A stretch of 64,000 nt of DNA. Origin: Candidatus Poribacteria bacterium (GTDB lineage: Bacteria; Poribacteria; WGA-4E; PCPOR2b). Below the pieces are notes generated by a model that saw nothing but the letters and a program-made list of their open reading frames with translations, made no database searches and was not told where the DNA came from. The position numbers and the translations under genes were made by a program. Numbering within the stretch: position 1 is the first letter of the stretch; each line of letters starts with the position of its first letter. Location of the stretch: the NCBI GenBank assembly GCA_965198175.1, contig OZ240245.1, positions 1,376,001 through 1,440,000 of the forward strand. The letters are read 5' to 3'. Positions 40,951 through 52,140 of this stretch are shown piece by piece.

Positions 40951-42120
40951 TTAGCCCAAGGCTTTGTGGATCCGAGTCAGCGCCTCGTCCAATTGGGCAT
41001 CGGGAACCGTCAATGCGACCCGAAAATATCCTTCACCATACTCACCGTACGCTGCACCAGCAGTAATAACAACTGCCGCCTTTTCAAAGATTAACGTCGC
41101 AAAATCGATCGAGTTCATCCCTCTAGGAGTCGGTAGCCAGAGGTAGAATGTCCCCTTCGGCGGCACGTAATCATCCCGGACAATGTCTTTGAAGGTATTA
41201 AGGATTTTCTTCCGTCGGCGAGCATATATCTCCAACATTTGACCGATGCTATCTTGGCATTCGGTCAACGCCGCAATCCCAGCGTATTGAATCGCGTTGA
41301 ATACGCCAGAATCGGTATTTTCTTTAACCTTCGCCATTCCCGAAATGAGTTCTGCATTGCCCATTGCCATACCGATTCGCCAGCCCGTCATATTGAATGG
41401 TTTCGACAGTGAATTGAGTTCAACCCCCACTTCCTTCGCCCCCGGTGTCGATAAGAAACTCAGCGGTTTTGCACCATCAAACACGATTTCACTGTAAGGA
41501 TTATCGTGACAAATGGCAATATCGTATGTTTTTGCAAATTCGACAACCTCGGTGAAGAATTCAGCCGTCGCGATTGCGCCCGTCGGATTGTTCGGGTAAT
41601 TCAGAAACATCGCCGTTGCGCGCTTGGCTACATCTGATGGGATACCTGCAAGCTTTGGAAGAAACTCGTTGTCTACGGTAATGGGGATATTATAGGGTTC
41701 ACCCTCCGCCATCAGAATACTCGCGCGATACGCCGGATATCCTGGGTCTGTCATCAGCACCGTATCGCCGGGATTGACAACCGCCAAAATAAAATGATGA
41801 CAACCCTCCTTCGAACCGATTAACCCCAACACTTCACGCTCTGGATCCAATTCAGCGCCGTATCCGACCGCATACCAATCCGCAACTGCTTTCCGAAACG
41901 CAAACATCCCTTTCTCTTCGTCTGTTGGATAACGGTGGTTGGCTGCCTCCGCAGCCGCTTTATTGAGTGCGTCAATCACCGGTTGAGGGGTGGGCTCAAC
42001 TGGATCGCCGACCGCAAGGCTGATGACATCAATTCCGTCCGCTTTTGCCTTATTGATTTTATTGCGTAATTCCATAAATAGATAAGGCGGAATCCTCTTT
42101 AACCGGTTCGCAGTCTGCAT
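40951..42120 (-). CDS. dapL: LL-diaminopimelate aminotransferase
   Basis: GSKEG, NYPNNPTGA, SLSKPFNMTGWRIG, K.NTDSG and GEGYFR. Confidence 0.85.
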   Translation of the reverse strand: MQTANRLKRIPPYLFMELRNKINKAKADGIDVISLAVGDPVEPTPQPVIDALNKAAAEAANHRYPTDEEKGMFAFRKAVADWYAVGYGAELDPEREVLGLIGSKEGCHHFILAVVNPGDTVLMTDPGYPAYRASILMAEGEPYNIPITVDNEFLPKLAGIPSDVAKRATAMFLNYPNNPTGAIATAEFFTEVVEFAKTYDIAICHDNPYSEIVFDGAKPLSFLSTPGAKEVGVELNSLSKPFNMTGWRIGMAMGNAELISGMAKVKENTDSGVFNAIQYAGIAALTECQDSIGQMLEIYARRRKKILNTFKDIVRDDYVPPKGTFYLWLPTPRGMNSIDFATLIFEKAAVVITAGAAYGEYGEGYFRVALTVPDAQLDEALTRIHKALG

Positions 42121-42154
42121 ATTCTCTCCTACAAGATTATTGAGTATGGAGTTA

Positions 42155-42997
42155 CTAAATCTCTACAAATTCAGCTTCTACAGAATTTGGGATGACTCCA
42201 GATTCGTAACCGCGGCGCAGCAGTTCTTTGACGCCATCTCTGCCCTTCTCACCGTAGTCAAGGGTGTAGTCGTTTACGTACATACCAACAAATCGATCCG
42301 TAAGTTTCGTTTCCATATCGCGCGCATAAGTCATTGCATACGCCAATCCCTGCTCACGATGCTCAAGCGCGTATCGAATGCTCTGCTTGAGCAGAGATGT
42401 AATCTGACGGATTTCCTCGTCTCCGATATTTCGGCGGATCGCATTAGCGCCCAGCGGAAGTGGTAACCCCGTTTCCTCATGCCACCATTCGCCCAGATCA
42501 GCAACTTTACACAGTCCCTCGCGCGTATAGGTCAGCTGCCCTTCGTGGATAATCAACCCAGCATCTGCCCGTCCGTCCTGAACGTATTCCAATATCTGAT
42601 CGAAACGGACAACCTCGGGTCGGAAGTCCGGTTGAAAAAGACGCATCGTTAAATAAGCTGTTGTCATCTCCCCGGGAATTGCAACTGTCTTACCCGAAAG
42701 CGCTTCTCTAGACATGGGCTCTCTAGAGACGACAAGCGGCCCGTATCGATCGCCGATGCTTGCGCCGCAAGGGGTCAATACGTAGTCGTCTGCGACATAG
42801 GCGTAAGCGTGAACAGAAATCGCTGTAACCTCCAAATCCGCCTTGAGCGCACGACGATTTAAGCTCTCAATGTCTTCAATGACATGCACAATCTCTAGAT
42901 TATTGGTAGGGATAAGTCCTTCGGCGAGGGCATAGAACATAAAAGCGTCATCTGAATCAGGGCTGTGACCAATTCGAATCTTTTCGGCTTGTCGCAT
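42155..42997 (-). CDS. mqnD: 1,4-dihydroxy-6-naphthoate synthase (futalosine pathway)
   Basis: GHSPDSDDAFMF, IIHEGQLTY, DLGEWW..ETGLPLPLG and MYVN. Confidence 0.9.
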   Translation of the reverse strand: MRQAEKIRIGHSPDSDDAFMFYALAEGLIPTNNLEIVHVIEDIESLNRRALKADLEVTAISVHAYAYVADDYVLTPCGASIGDRYGPLVVSREPMSREALSGKTVAIPGEMTTAYLTMRLFQPDFRPEVVRFDQILEYVQDGRADAGLIIHEGQLTYTREGLCKVADLGEWWHEETGLPLPLGANAIRRNIGDEEIRQITSLLKQSIRYALEHREQGLAYAMTYARDMETKLTDRFVGMYVNDYTLDYGEKGRDGVKELLRRGYESGVIPNSVEAEFVEI

Positions 42998-43072
42998 CGC
43001 TCCTCCTAAGAAACTCCGAGATGTCTTAAAGACAGATTATTAGTGCATATTTACCTTCAAATATCTGCGCTG

Positions 43073-43101
43073 ATTATAGCAGACTGAGCGATTCATGTCA
43101 A
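43073..43101 (-). promoter_or_regulatory. Consensus sigma70 promoter for mqnD-dapL
   Basis: Minus strand reads TTGACA-17 nt-TATAAT, a perfect consensus. Confidence 0.8.
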
Positions 43102-43240
43102 GACCTAACCAGACTGGAACGCTTGCTGTTGACATTTCTACTTAGTTATGCCAAAATATCAAAACTTGTTCCAGCAATCAGTGTTCTCTCCCGTAATGAT
43201 TGATGATAGTTGAGTAAAGGACAAACAGGAAAATGGTTCG

Positions 43241-43810
43241 ATGAAAATCTATACAAAGACCGGTGACACCGGTGATACAGGACTTTATGGCGGGCAGCGC
43301 ATTCCCAAGGATGCCAAGCGTGTTGAAGCGTATGGCACGATAGACGAGCTCAACGCTTGCATTGGGTTCGCAGAATCACAGGTTCAGGACTCCGAAACCA
43401 GTTCGCTCTTGAGCCGCATCCAAAATGAACTCTTCGATCTCGGAGCGGATCTGGCAACCCCAGATGATCACCCAAAAGCAGGTAAACTAAGGATTACCTC
43501 AAATCTCACAGCCTCATTGGAGCGGTCCATCGACCGGTTTCAAGGTCAACTTCCGTCAATGACGCGTTTTATTCTGCCTGGCGGTTCCGCGGGGGGCGCC
43601 GCGTTACACCTCGCTCGAACGGTCTGTCGGCGCAGTGAACGTTGTATTGTCAGCCTTGCGAAAACGGATTCCATCAACTCTGACATCTTGCCCTACCTAA
43701 ATCGGCTTTCAGATCTGCTGTTTGTGCTTGCCCGTCTAGCCAACCACCGCTCCGGCATACCTGAACCATTTTGGCGGTCCCCTCTCGAGCGAGTTCAAGA
43801 GGAAATCTGA
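43241..43810 (+). CDS. pduO: PduO-type cob(I)alamin adenosyltransferase
   Basis: KIYTKTGDTG.T, YGTIDELN, FILPGG, ARTVCRR and YLNRLSD. Confidence 0.95.
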   Translation: MKIYTKTGDTGDTGLYGGQRIPKDAKRVEAYGTIDELNACIGFAESQVQDSETSSLLSRIQNELFDLGADLATPDDHPKAGKLRITSNLTASLERSIDRFQGQLPSMTRFILPGGSAGGAALHLARTVCRRSERCIVSLAKTDSINSDILPYLNRLSDLLFVLARLANHRSGIPEPFWRSPLERVQEEI

Positions 43811-43903
43811 GCTCCGGTCAAACCTTTGGTGCGTCAGGTGCGCTCTGGATCAGGGGAGGCTTTATGAATTGATGAAAGGTCTTGAGTCCGTACACTCCCT
43901 CTT

Positions 43904-44632
43904 TTACAGCCCCGAATTCTTCACAGCTTTCGACAGCTCGTCGACAGTTTGCGGCGCCGAGATTTCTTCTCCAGCAAGCTGCATCGCAAAGAAGTGATCA
44001 CGTAAGCGTTGCAATCCTTCGGGGTCATCCACATCATACCATGGCGGCAGCAATCCCAAGCGCGCATTGACGGATTCAATCTTTTCAAGCGTCTGGCGGA
44101 AAACTGCGTCGGTGCTCCATGAAATATCCTCAAAGACATTGGGAACCGCCAACGCTGCGCCGTGCGCCGAAAAACCTATCAGGTAGTATCCACCATCCAT
44201 GCTTGGTCCGATAGCCACATCGCGGAACTCCAACAGATTGAATGCGTGCTCCACATACGTGAGCGGAAGTGTCGGACTATCAGAACCCACAAACAGAAAT
44301 TTTGAATAGTTCTGATTGCATGCCCATCGAACAGCGGCGATTAGACGCTCGCCCAGAGTTGATCCGACTTGGGGGATATAGAACGCCTCTCGACCAATCA
44401 ATGCTTGCAAAGCCGTAAGGCTGTCAGGAGGAGTATATGCGATAACAAGTTGCGCGGTAGAAATCTTGCGGAGCGCGCTGCACCAATCAATAAGAAAGGC
44501 TCGATATAATGATGCGGCGAGATCTGGAGAGAGGAAGGGAATCAGCCGAGTTTTTACTTCGTTGGGAACTGGATTCTTAGCGAACACAATAATGCAATTG
44601 ACCACATTTCGTCTCTTAACGGGATGGCGCAA
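43904..44632 (-). CDS. DUF2064/TIGR04282-type CofC-like glycosyltransferase (true start probably near 44605)
   Basis: FAKNP....VKTRL, GSDSP, GPSMDGGYYLIG, WST and DVDD. Confidence 0.85.
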   Translation of the reverse strand: MRHPVKRRNVVNCIIVFAKNPVPNEVKTRLIPFLSPDLAASLYRAFLIDWCSALRKISTAQLVIAYTPPDSLTALQALIGREAFYIPQVGSTLGERLIAAVRWACNQNYSKFLFVGSDSPTLPLTYVEHAFNLLEFRDVAIGPSMDGGYYLIGFSAHGAALAVPNVFEDISWSTDAVFRQTLEKIESVNARLGLLPPWYDVDDPEGLQRLRDHFFAMQLAGEEISAPQTVDELSKAVKNSGL

Positions 44633-44720
44633 AATTTAGTTGGCGCTGTGATACAAATCACCCGCTCAACAAGGGAAAATAGTTCGACAGCACTTATTAG
44701 GCAACCGGTATTGCCCACCC

Positions 44721-45785
44721 TCAAGTTATGATATCTAAACCCTGCCGCCGAAACTTATCATATTTTTTTTCGATTGGTAAAAGACTCGCCGTGTCTTTCG
44801 TCGAAAATTTGCTATTTCTGCAATGGTTGCCAAACAGAAGAGTTGATTGCCGATTTGAGACCTCCGAATCGCTCGACTTGGAGGGTTTCAACGCTATCAA
44901 AATCGCAATACAGGCGATGATAACAGCAAGGATGGCAATCAAACCTCCCTTCAGCGCGCCGTCGCTGGAATTGATATGATGTTTTGCCACGATGCCAGTG
45001 ATGACAGCTAGCAGAGACAACCCAAACGCCGCATACCACTGAAAGTGGAAAAAAACGGTCAACAGCGAAATTAACGCGAGTCCTAGGCTGACTAGGGCAA
45101 AAGGGCTAATCCGGACAGCAGCATCCGCTAAACTGCTTGTATCTGGTGAGGACGTAGTGTTCCGTTGACGATTGCGATGGCGAGGTGGTGGCACTTCACG
45201 ATAGGTTGATTCGACCAAACGGATAAACTCAGACATCAATTTTTGTCCCCTGAGCCACTGAAAAAGGTGAAGATATTCATGCCGGAGGAGCATTGAGAAT
45301 TCTTGACGTTGAGCACTAAGATCTATAAACTCTTCCCATCGATTTTCTTCCACTATCCCATACGGATCGGGTCCAACTTGCAGCTCGTATCCCCGCCCTA
45401 GGTAATGAATAATCCTGCCAATACCTTCACGTTCCGCAATCGTAACCTCTTCAAGTGCGGTCGGTGCCGCCTTTGGCGGTTCGTTCTCTTGCCGGAAATC
45501 ACGATGGTTGTCTTCGAAAACCACCGTTTCTTCGTGTGCAGGGGATGCCTCATCAGCGATGACCAAATCGATGTTGCTCACAACTTCCAAAGCATCAATT
45601 TGATCTTCTCGGGAAACGGACAGGACGATTTGGCGTTTTCCGTCGGAATCTCTATCGTATGTGGGGCGGCAACGGATGTGCTGATTCCCTAGCGTTGTCT
45701 GAACCAACTTGGATTCCCACTCATCGGTTGTGCGACAGATTTCGACCCAATCGCTGGTGCTGAAAAGTTGATTGTTTTGAGGCAC
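44721..45785 (-). CDS. Hypothetical membrane protein with DUF4190-like C-terminal TM region
   Basis: Long ORF; 'ALVSLGLALIS...AVITGIVA...I......KG..IA'; upstream promoter TTGACA-17 nt-TAAAAT at 45876-45904. Confidence 0.65.
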   Translation of the reverse strand: MPQNNQLFSTSDWVEICRTTDEWESKLVQTTLGNQHIRCRPTYDRDSDGKRQIVLSVSREDQIDALEVVSNIDLVIADEASPAHEETVVFEDNHRDFRQENEPPKAAPTALEEVTIAEREGIGRIIHYLGRGYELQVGPDPYGIVEENRWEEFIDLSAQRQEFSMLLRHEYLHLFQWLRGQKLMSEFIRLVESTYREVPPPRHRNRQRNTTSSPDTSSLADAAVRISPFALVSLGLALISLLTVFFHFQWYAAFGLSLLAVITGIVAKHHINSSDGALKGGLIAILAVIIACIAILIALKPSKSSDSEVSNRQSTLLFGNHCRNSKFSTKDTASLLPIEKKYDKFRRQGLDIIT

Positions 45786-46207
45786 GAGTTCTCCTTTGCC
45801 GTTTGCGGTTCAGCCTCTCACTCGCGGTTCTTAATCTGCTTGTTTAATCTCGATGTAAAGTCGTGCTGCATCCAAATTTTAGCACGATTCAAAAAAGTTG
45901 TCAACGGGTCAATCCATCTCCCAAGATGAAGTGTTCTGGTTGTGCGGAAGGTCTTTGTAAAGAGCATTGCGGCGTGACAATCGGGCATGACAATCGTTTA
46001 ATACTTGCATTCACGGAGAAAATTTAGTATAATATAAATGCTAACTGTTGAATGGTTAAAATTAGCATTGCAAGTAAGTAAGTAGTATGAGGGGCAAAAC
46101 TGAAGTATCTACCCCAGATCTGCTGTCTTTTTGTACCTCTATGCTTCTTCAGGCTTCATGCGACATTTGCAGTATAGAAATTCACTGATGAAAGGAGGTG
46201 CAATCCG

Positions 46208-46408
46208 ATGGCGCGTGGTCAAGTTAAATGGTTCAACGACCAAAAGGGTTATGGATTCATAACCACCGATGAGGGGGAAGATGTTTTTGTACATTATTCC
46301 GCCGTTGAGGGATCCGGCTTTAAATCTCTCCAAGAGGGACAAGAGGTCGAGTTCAAAATCGTAAGCGGCCCAAAAGGCTTCCAGGCAGAAGAAGTGATGA
46401 AGGTTTAA
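46208..46408 (+). CDS. csp: Cold-shock protein
   Basis: GQVKWFN..KGYGFI, DVFVHYS and GPKG.QA. Confidence 0.97.
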   Translation: MARGQVKWFNDQKGYGFITTDEGEDVFVHYSAVEGSGFKSLQEGQEVEFKIVSGPKGFQAEEVMKV

Positions 46409-46460
46409 TGTGGTAAAGCGCAAAAACCTGTTTCACAATTCGTCTGAATTATGTAGTGAG

Positions 46461-46491
46461 AGGCTCCCAAGTTTTTGGGAGCCTTTTTTTT
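46461..46491 (+). terminator. Intrinsic terminator
   Basis: AGGCTCCCAA-GTTT-TTGGGAGCCT followed by a T-run. Confidence 0.9.
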
Positions 46492-46653
46492 GTCGTGGAT
46501 TTTATAGAGATTTGCTATAATACGGTGGACAGCGTTAATTTTGTACGTGAACGGTATCAAGAATTTGTGCGCACGTGGGATGTCACTGTTTTTTCCGGTG
46601 GTATTCCACGTTTTTCGGTATAATCCGTTGATGAAGCGCTCGAGTTGAACGAA

Positions 46654-47646
46654 ATGATAAAGATTGGTAATATAGAGATAGGAGAATTTCCGATTCTATT
46701 GGCTCCGATGGAGGATGTCAGCGATCCCCCTTTTCGCAACGTTTGCCACGAAAATGGGGCAGACCTGATGTATACGGAATTTATCTCTTCAGAAGGACTA
46801 ATCAGAAACGCTGCCAAAAGTGTAGCGAAGCTAGATATCTTCGAGTATGAGCGGCCCATCGGCATTCAGATCTTCGGCAGTGAGATTGAATCAATGAGAG
46901 AAGCGGTTGGGATTGCCGAAGCGGTCAATCCCGATCTGATTGACATCAACTACGGTTGCCCTGTAAAAAAAGTGGCGTGCAAGGGTGCGGGCGCCGGAAT
47001 TTTGTTAGATCTTCCGAAGATGATTAAAATGACGGACGAGATCGTAAAGTCCACCGCATTGCCAGTAACGGTTAAAACGCGGCTCGGCTGGGATGAAAAG
47101 ACAAAATACGTTGTCGATGTCACAGAACGATTACAGGATGTTGGCATTCAGGCGATTACCGTCCACGGCAGGACCCGGGCGCAAATGTATAAAGGCAATG
47201 CAGACTGGACGCTGATTGGTGAAATGAAAAATAACCCTCGCATGAAAATCCCTGTTTTTGGGAATGGGGATGTAGACAGTCCACAAAAAGCGGTTCAAAT
47301 GCGCAACAATTATGGAGTAGATGGTATGATGATTGGGCGAGCCGCGATCGGTTATCCGTGGATTTTTAACGAGGTCAAACACTATCTCTCCACGGGTCAA
47401 TTACTGCCCCCGCCTTCTCTAGAGGAGAGCCTCAGTGTCATGCAAAAGCATCTAGATCTCTCCATTAAATGGAAAGGGATGCGGTTGGGTATTCTAGAGA
47501 TGAGAAGGCATTATAAGAACTATCTTAAGGGCATACGGAACATGAAACCTTATCGTTCAAAGTTGGTGACCAGCGATAATTACGGGGAAATTAACCAGAT
47601 TATAGACGATATACAGGAACGTGCCAGATATTCAGATTTCGATTAA
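46654..47646 (+). CDS. dusB: tRNA-dihydrouridine synthase
   Basis: LAPMED, DINYGCP, VHGRT, GNGD and IGRA. Confidence 0.93.
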   Translation: MIKIGNIEIGEFPILLAPMEDVSDPPFRNVCHENGADLMYTEFISSEGLIRNAAKSVAKLDIFEYERPIGIQIFGSEIESMREAVGIAEAVNPDLIDINYGCPVKKVACKGAGAGILLDLPKMIKMTDEIVKSTALPVTVKTRLGWDEKTKYVVDVTERLQDVGIQAITVHGRTRAQMYKGNADWTLIGEMKNNPRMKIPVFGNGDVDSPQKAVQMRNNYGVDGMMIGRAAIGYPWIFNEVKHYLSTGQLLPPPSLEESLSVMQKHLDLSIKWKGMRLGILEMRRHYKNYLKGIRNMKPYRSKLVTSDNYGEINQIIDDIQERARYSDFD

Positions 47647-47671
47647 ATCGAATAACATGGAGGATAAGATA

Positions 47672-48433
47672 ATGAAACTCAGACCAAACCGAATCAAGCA
47701 CAAACTTGCGGCAGGAGAACTCGCCTATGTAATCAGCGGTATCACCCACTCAGACGATATTGACGCCTTCGGTCCGAACGGATTCGACGGTGTGTGGCTC
47801 GAAGCCGAACACGGTCCGGTGGATGCGGCGGATCTCGGTAACCTCACTCGCGCGTGCGACATCTGGGACATGACCTCGGTGGTTCGCGTCAACCGCAACG
47901 ACCAAGCACTCATCTATCGTACACTCGACCGCGGCGCCCAAGGCATCGTCGTTCCGCATGTCAACACAAAAGAAGAAGCACAGAACGTCGTTGACGGTGG
48001 AAAATTCGCCCCGATGGGTCACCGCGGTATGTTCACAAGCCGACAGGGCTACGACGTGCCGGATTACTTCGATGTCGCGAACGACGAGACACTGTTTATC
48101 GTACTGATTGAAGACATTGTTGCGATCGGGAATCTTGACGAAATCCTAAGCGTGGATGGCATTGACGTGTTCATGGTTGCTCCGACAGACCTGGCAGCTT
48201 CGATGGGACACCTCGCTAATATTCAACACCCGGAAGTTCAAGGAACAATAGATGACGCACTAGCGCGCATTCAAGCCGCGGGACGTGTAGCCGGTACGCT
48301 AGTCAACAACCAAAATGTCTCCAAATACGTTGCGGCGGGTGTCCGATTCTTATTGACCCAAGTTAAGCCGTGGCTTTCTGATGGCGCTGCCGAATTCATG
48401 AGCAACGCCGAGAACGCTAGACGAAGCGAATGA
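47672..48433 (+). CDS. HpcH/HpaI aldolase family protein
   Basis: EAEHG, LDRGAQGIVVPHV, LIE and PTDLAASMG. Confidence 0.9.
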   Translation: MKLRPNRIKHKLAAGELAYVISGITHSDDIDAFGPNGFDGVWLEAEHGPVDAADLGNLTRACDIWDMTSVVRVNRNDQALIYRTLDRGAQGIVVPHVNTKEEAQNVVDGGKFAPMGHRGMFTSRQGYDVPDYFDVANDETLFIVLIEDIVAIGNLDEILSVDGIDVFMVAPTDLAASMGHLANIQHPEVQGTIDDALARIQAAGRVAGTLVNNQNVSKYVAAGVRFLLTQVKPWLSDGAAEFMSNAENARRSE

Positions 48434-48573
48434 GAGTCAGCCCAAGTAAGTCTAGCGCAAAATAGCCCTGTAAACGGCTGAAGTTGAGTTTTCTATTTAC
48501 AAGGTGAAGGGTGTTGTTTGAGGGGCAATCCTCGACGCTAGTTTTGTGACATAACCAATTCACATTCTACATC

Positions 48574-49761
48574 TCACACAACACCTTGTTGCTTCAACCG
48601 ATCAACTTCATCAGAACCCATTCCCAACAAACCGGTTAGAATCTCTTCCGTATGCTCACCGAGATTGGGGGCAGGCGCATCAACACGACCGGGTGTTTCC
48701 GATAGCTTAATCGGAATCCCCGGAATCCCGACAGTGCCCGTTATATCATGTTCAACTTCGACAATCATCTCCCTCGCTAGGACTTGTGGATCGGTTGCCA
48801 CCTTGTCCACTGTATTGACCGGACCGCACGGCACACCAATCTCCTCAAGCGCTGTCACCCACTGCTCGGTTGAATGTTGACGCATAATCTGCGCAAGGAT
48901 TGGGAACAGTTCGCCATGATGCTCAGTCCGCAAGGCGTTCGTGCAAAACCGTTCATCGTCGATTAACTCAGGCTGATTGACATGGTCGCAGAACTTTTTC
49001 CACAGCACATTGTTCCCCATCGCAATGACCACATAGCCGTCTGCGGACTCAAATGCCTCGAAAGGGGTTATCGTCGGGTGCCGCCTACCCAACGGCTGCG
49101 GCACCTCGCCAGTGGAGAGGTATCGCACCATCGCGTTTTCCAAGATTGCCACTTGGCAATCCAACATCCCGACATCAATGAGTTGTCCTTCACCCGTCTG
49201 ATCACGATGCCGCAGCGCCGAGAGGATACCAATCGCCGTAAACAGTGCCGCCGTGATGTCACTAATCGACGTGCCGACTCGGACAGGCGGACGATCCGGT
49301 TCACCGGTGATGCTAATCATGCCGCCCATCCCTTGGATAATCATGTCGTAGGCGCCTCGACCGGCATAAGGTCCTGTCTGACCAAACCCTGAGCAGGCGG
49401 CATAGAGCAGCGATGGGCGGTGTGTCTTGAGAGTTTCGTAATCCAAGCCGAGTTTTTTCATTGCCCCCGGGCGAAAGTTTTCAATGAGGACATCCGACTG
49501 CTTGACTAATTCCACGAAGATTTCCTTGCCCAATTCGGATTTCAGATTCAATGTCAGGCTCTTTTTGCCCCGGTTGATGCTCATAAAGTAGAGGCTGAAG
49601 TCGTTCTTGAAAGGACCAATCCCTCTGGCTTCATCTCCGACAACAGGTTGCTCAATTTTGATGACTTCAGCACCGAGATCACGCATGATCATCGCTGCAT
49701 AAGGACCTGCTAAAATCCGTGTGAGATCCAAAACCCGCATCCCTTTTAATGGACCTGCCAT
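48574..49761 (-). CDS. Class III CoA-transferase (CaiB/BaiF)
   Basis: LAGPY...DLGAEVIKIE, NRGKKS, ENFRPG, YD and PNLGEHT. Confidence 0.95.
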   Translation of the reverse strand: MAGPLKGMRVLDLTRILAGPYAAMIMRDLGAEVIKIEQPVVGDEARGIGPFKNDFSLYFMSINRGKKSLTLNLKSELGKEIFVELVKQSDVLIENFRPGAMKKLGLDYETLKTHRPSLLYAACSGFGQTGPYAGRGAYDMIIQGMGGMISITGEPDRPPVRVGTSISDITAALFTAIGILSALRHRDQTGEGQLIDVGMLDCQVAILENAMVRYLSTGEVPQPLGRRHPTITPFEAFESADGYVVIAMGNNVLWKKFCDHVNQPELIDDERFCTNALRTEHHGELFPILAQIMRQHSTEQWVTALEEIGVPCGPVNTVDKVATDPQVLAREMIVEVEHDITGTVGIPGIPIKLSETPGRVDAPAPNLGEHTEEILTGLLGMGSDEVDRLKQQGVV

Positions 49762-49979
49762 CTGTTTTCCTTTCTATCCGTGGTGATATTGCCTCCTATT
49801 TTAGCACAATTCACCCAACTAAATGGATCGAAAATCGTTACGGTCTCTCTTTCGGTATGTGTGCGGTGCCCCGTCGGCTCTCGCTGGCAAATTTTTGTTG
49901 ATTTTCAGCCAAACTGGTGTAAAATATACGCTGTGAAAACTTAGATAATCTGATGACGCGAATTTTGGAGGTAACTAAC

Positions 49980-50765
49980 ATGCGCCCCAACAAATTGCGG
50001 GAGATATTGACCGCCGACCAACCTAGCATTAGCACCCACGTGCACAGCACCTGGCCCAGTGTCGTCGAAGCGATCGGGCATACAGGCATGTACGACTACG
50101 TCGAATTCGTTGCGGAGTACGCGCCGTTCGACCTGTACGCGCTCGACAACTTCTGCAGGGCAGTAGAGCTATTTGACATGTCCGCCATGATCAAAGTCGA
50201 TCAAGAACCCAGATGCTTTCTCGCCCAGCGAGGAATCGGCTCCGGCTTCCAGAGTGTCTTGTTTGCGGATGTCCGAACAGTCGAGGATGCGCACGAATGC
50301 GTCCGCGCCGTACGTCCTGAAACGCCTGAAGCCGGCGGCTATCACGGGGTTGCAACGCGCCGTTCCACGTATATGTCCTACGGCGGTACCCAAGGCTACG
50401 TTGACGCACTCAATGACATCGTCGTTGCTTTCATGATTGAGAAGAAGCCTACTATTGATGCGTTGGAGGAAATCCTTTCGGTGGACGGGCTAGACATGAT
50501 TCAGTGGGGCGGGGCGGACTATTCAATGAGCGTCGGTCGACCCGGTCAGCGGGATACCCCGGAGATAAAGGCTATTGAGCGGAGGGTTATCGAAACAGGT
50601 CTGAAGATGAATGTGCCGCCGCGAGCCGAGATTGACAGTGTGGACGCCGCAAAGTACTACCTGGACCTAGGGGTTCGTCACTTTTGCATAGGCACGGACA
50701 TCATGGTGCTTCACAGGTGGATGAAGGAGAACGGAGAGGCGCTGCGAAAAGAGATTGTGGGATAA
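49980..50765 (+). CDS. Divergent HpcH/HpaI aldolase family protein
   Basis: MRPNKLR, EFVAEY, FMIEK and GGADYSMSVG. Confidence 0.82.
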   Translation: MRPNKLREILTADQPSISTHVHSTWPSVVEAIGHTGMYDYVEFVAEYAPFDLYALDNFCRAVELFDMSAMIKVDQEPRCFLAQRGIGSGFQSVLFADVRTVEDAHECVRAVRPETPEAGGYHGVATRRSTYMSYGGTQGYVDALNDIVVAFMIEKKPTIDALEEILSVDGLDMIQWGGADYSMSVGRPGQRDTPEIKAIERRVIETGLKMNVPPRAEIDSVDAAKYYLDLGVRHFCIGTDIMVLHRWMKENGEALRKEIVG

Positions 50766-50829
50766 ACGAAACTCTCATAGGATTTTATCTTTAGCCCAAC
50801 TTCTTTGCATCAAGGAGGCAAACTAGCTG

Positions 50830-52140
50830 ATGAATCGTACGATTTTTCGTATAATGAATACCCTCTTGTCGGTGGCGATCGCCTTCATCTTCAACGCATG
50901 CGCGACCGCATCCGACTGGCCGCAATGGCGAGGCGCAAACCGTGACGGCGTCTGGCTCGAAACCGGTCTCGTCGAGAAATTCGATGCTGCCCAACTTCCG
51001 ATCCGGTGGCGTGCACCAATCTCCAGCGGGTACAGCGGACCCACCGTCGCCAACCGGCGCGTGTACGTGACTGACCGCATCACTAAACCGCAGCAGATGG
51101 AGCGCGTCCACTGTTTCGACTGGGAGACCGGAAACCAAATTTGGTCCTATCCCTACCACTGCGAATACCGAAACGTCGGTTACACCGCTGGACCGCGCGC
51201 CAGTGTGATTGTTCACGAGGGGCTTGCCTATGCACTGGGTGCCATGGGACATCTTCACTGCTTCAAGGCGGACAGCGGCGAGGTCGTCTGGAAAAAAGAC
51301 CTCAACATCGAATACAATATCCGTATGCCAGTGTGGGGGATTACTAGCGCGCCGATTATCGAAGGCGACTTAGTCATCGTCCAAATCGGTGGTTCGCCCG
51401 GCGCCTGTATCGTTGCTCTCGACCGCGAAAACGGCGAGGAGCGATGGAAAGCGCTCGATGACCGTGCCTCCTACGCCGCACCTATTTTTATCAATCAGGC
51501 TGGGGCGCGCGTGCTCGTCTGTTGGACAGGCGACAACGTCGTCGGGCTCAACCCGCAAACTGGCGAGCTCTACTGGAAACACCCTTTTGCACCCACCAAA
51601 GGGGTCATATCCATTGCAACCCCCGTATTTCACAATGACCGCCTTTTCGTCACCAACTTCTTTGAAGGTTCGCTTATGCTCAAGGTTCTACCAGACCGCT
51701 TGGAAGTCGAAAAGATTTGGCGCCGCAAAGGCGCAGATGAGAAAAATACCGATAGCCTCCACTCCATCATCTCAACGCCAATTCTTTCCGGGGACTACAT
51801 CTACGGCGTCGACAGCTACGGCGAGCTCCGATGCCTCGATGCCAGCACGGGTGACCGAATCTGGGAAGATCTCACCGCCGTTCCCAAAGCACGCTGGGGC
51901 ACAATCCATTTCGTGCGGAACGCCGACAAGGTCTGGATGTTCAACGAACGCGGCGAGTTGCTTATCACGACCCTGACCCCGGAAGGGCTTAACATCATCA
52001 GCCGCGCCAAACTCATCGAACCGACCCGCGACCAACTAAACAGCCGAGGCGGTGTCTGCTGGGCGCATCCCGCTTTCGCCTACAAACATGTTTTCGCTCG
52101 AAATGACGAGGAATTGGTCTGCGCCGCGCTGGCAAAGTAA
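50830..52140 (+). CDS. PQQ-binding-like beta-propeller protein
   Basis: DWPQWRG.NRDG N-terminus; repeated 'G...W' blades; WAHPA. Confidence 0.88.
   Translation: MNRTIFRIMNTLLSVAIAFIFNACATASDWPQWRGANRDGVWLETGLVEKFDAAQLPIRWRAPISSGYSGPTVANRRVYVTDRITKPQQMERVHCFDWETGNQIWSYPYHCEYRNVGYTAGPRASVIVHEGLAYALGAMGHLHCFKADSGEVVWKKDLNIEYNIRMPVWGITSAPIIEGDLVIVQIGGSPGACIVALDRENGEERWKALDDRASYAAPIFINQAGARVLVCWTGDNVVGLNPQTGELYWKHPFAPTKGVISIATPVFHNDRLFVTNFFEGSLMLKVLPDRLEVEKIWRRKGADEKNTDSLHSIISTPILSGDYIYGVDSYGELRCLDASTGDRIWEDLTAVPKARWGTIHFVRNADKVWMFNERGELLITTLTPEGLNIISRAKLIEPTRDQLNSRGGVCWAHPAFAYKHVFARNDEELVCAALAK

Noticed and set aside
43904..44632. Functional link between the TIGR04282-type transferase and the selenoprotein
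   Set aside because: About 7 kb apart, with no partner radical-SAM or second transferase adjacent.
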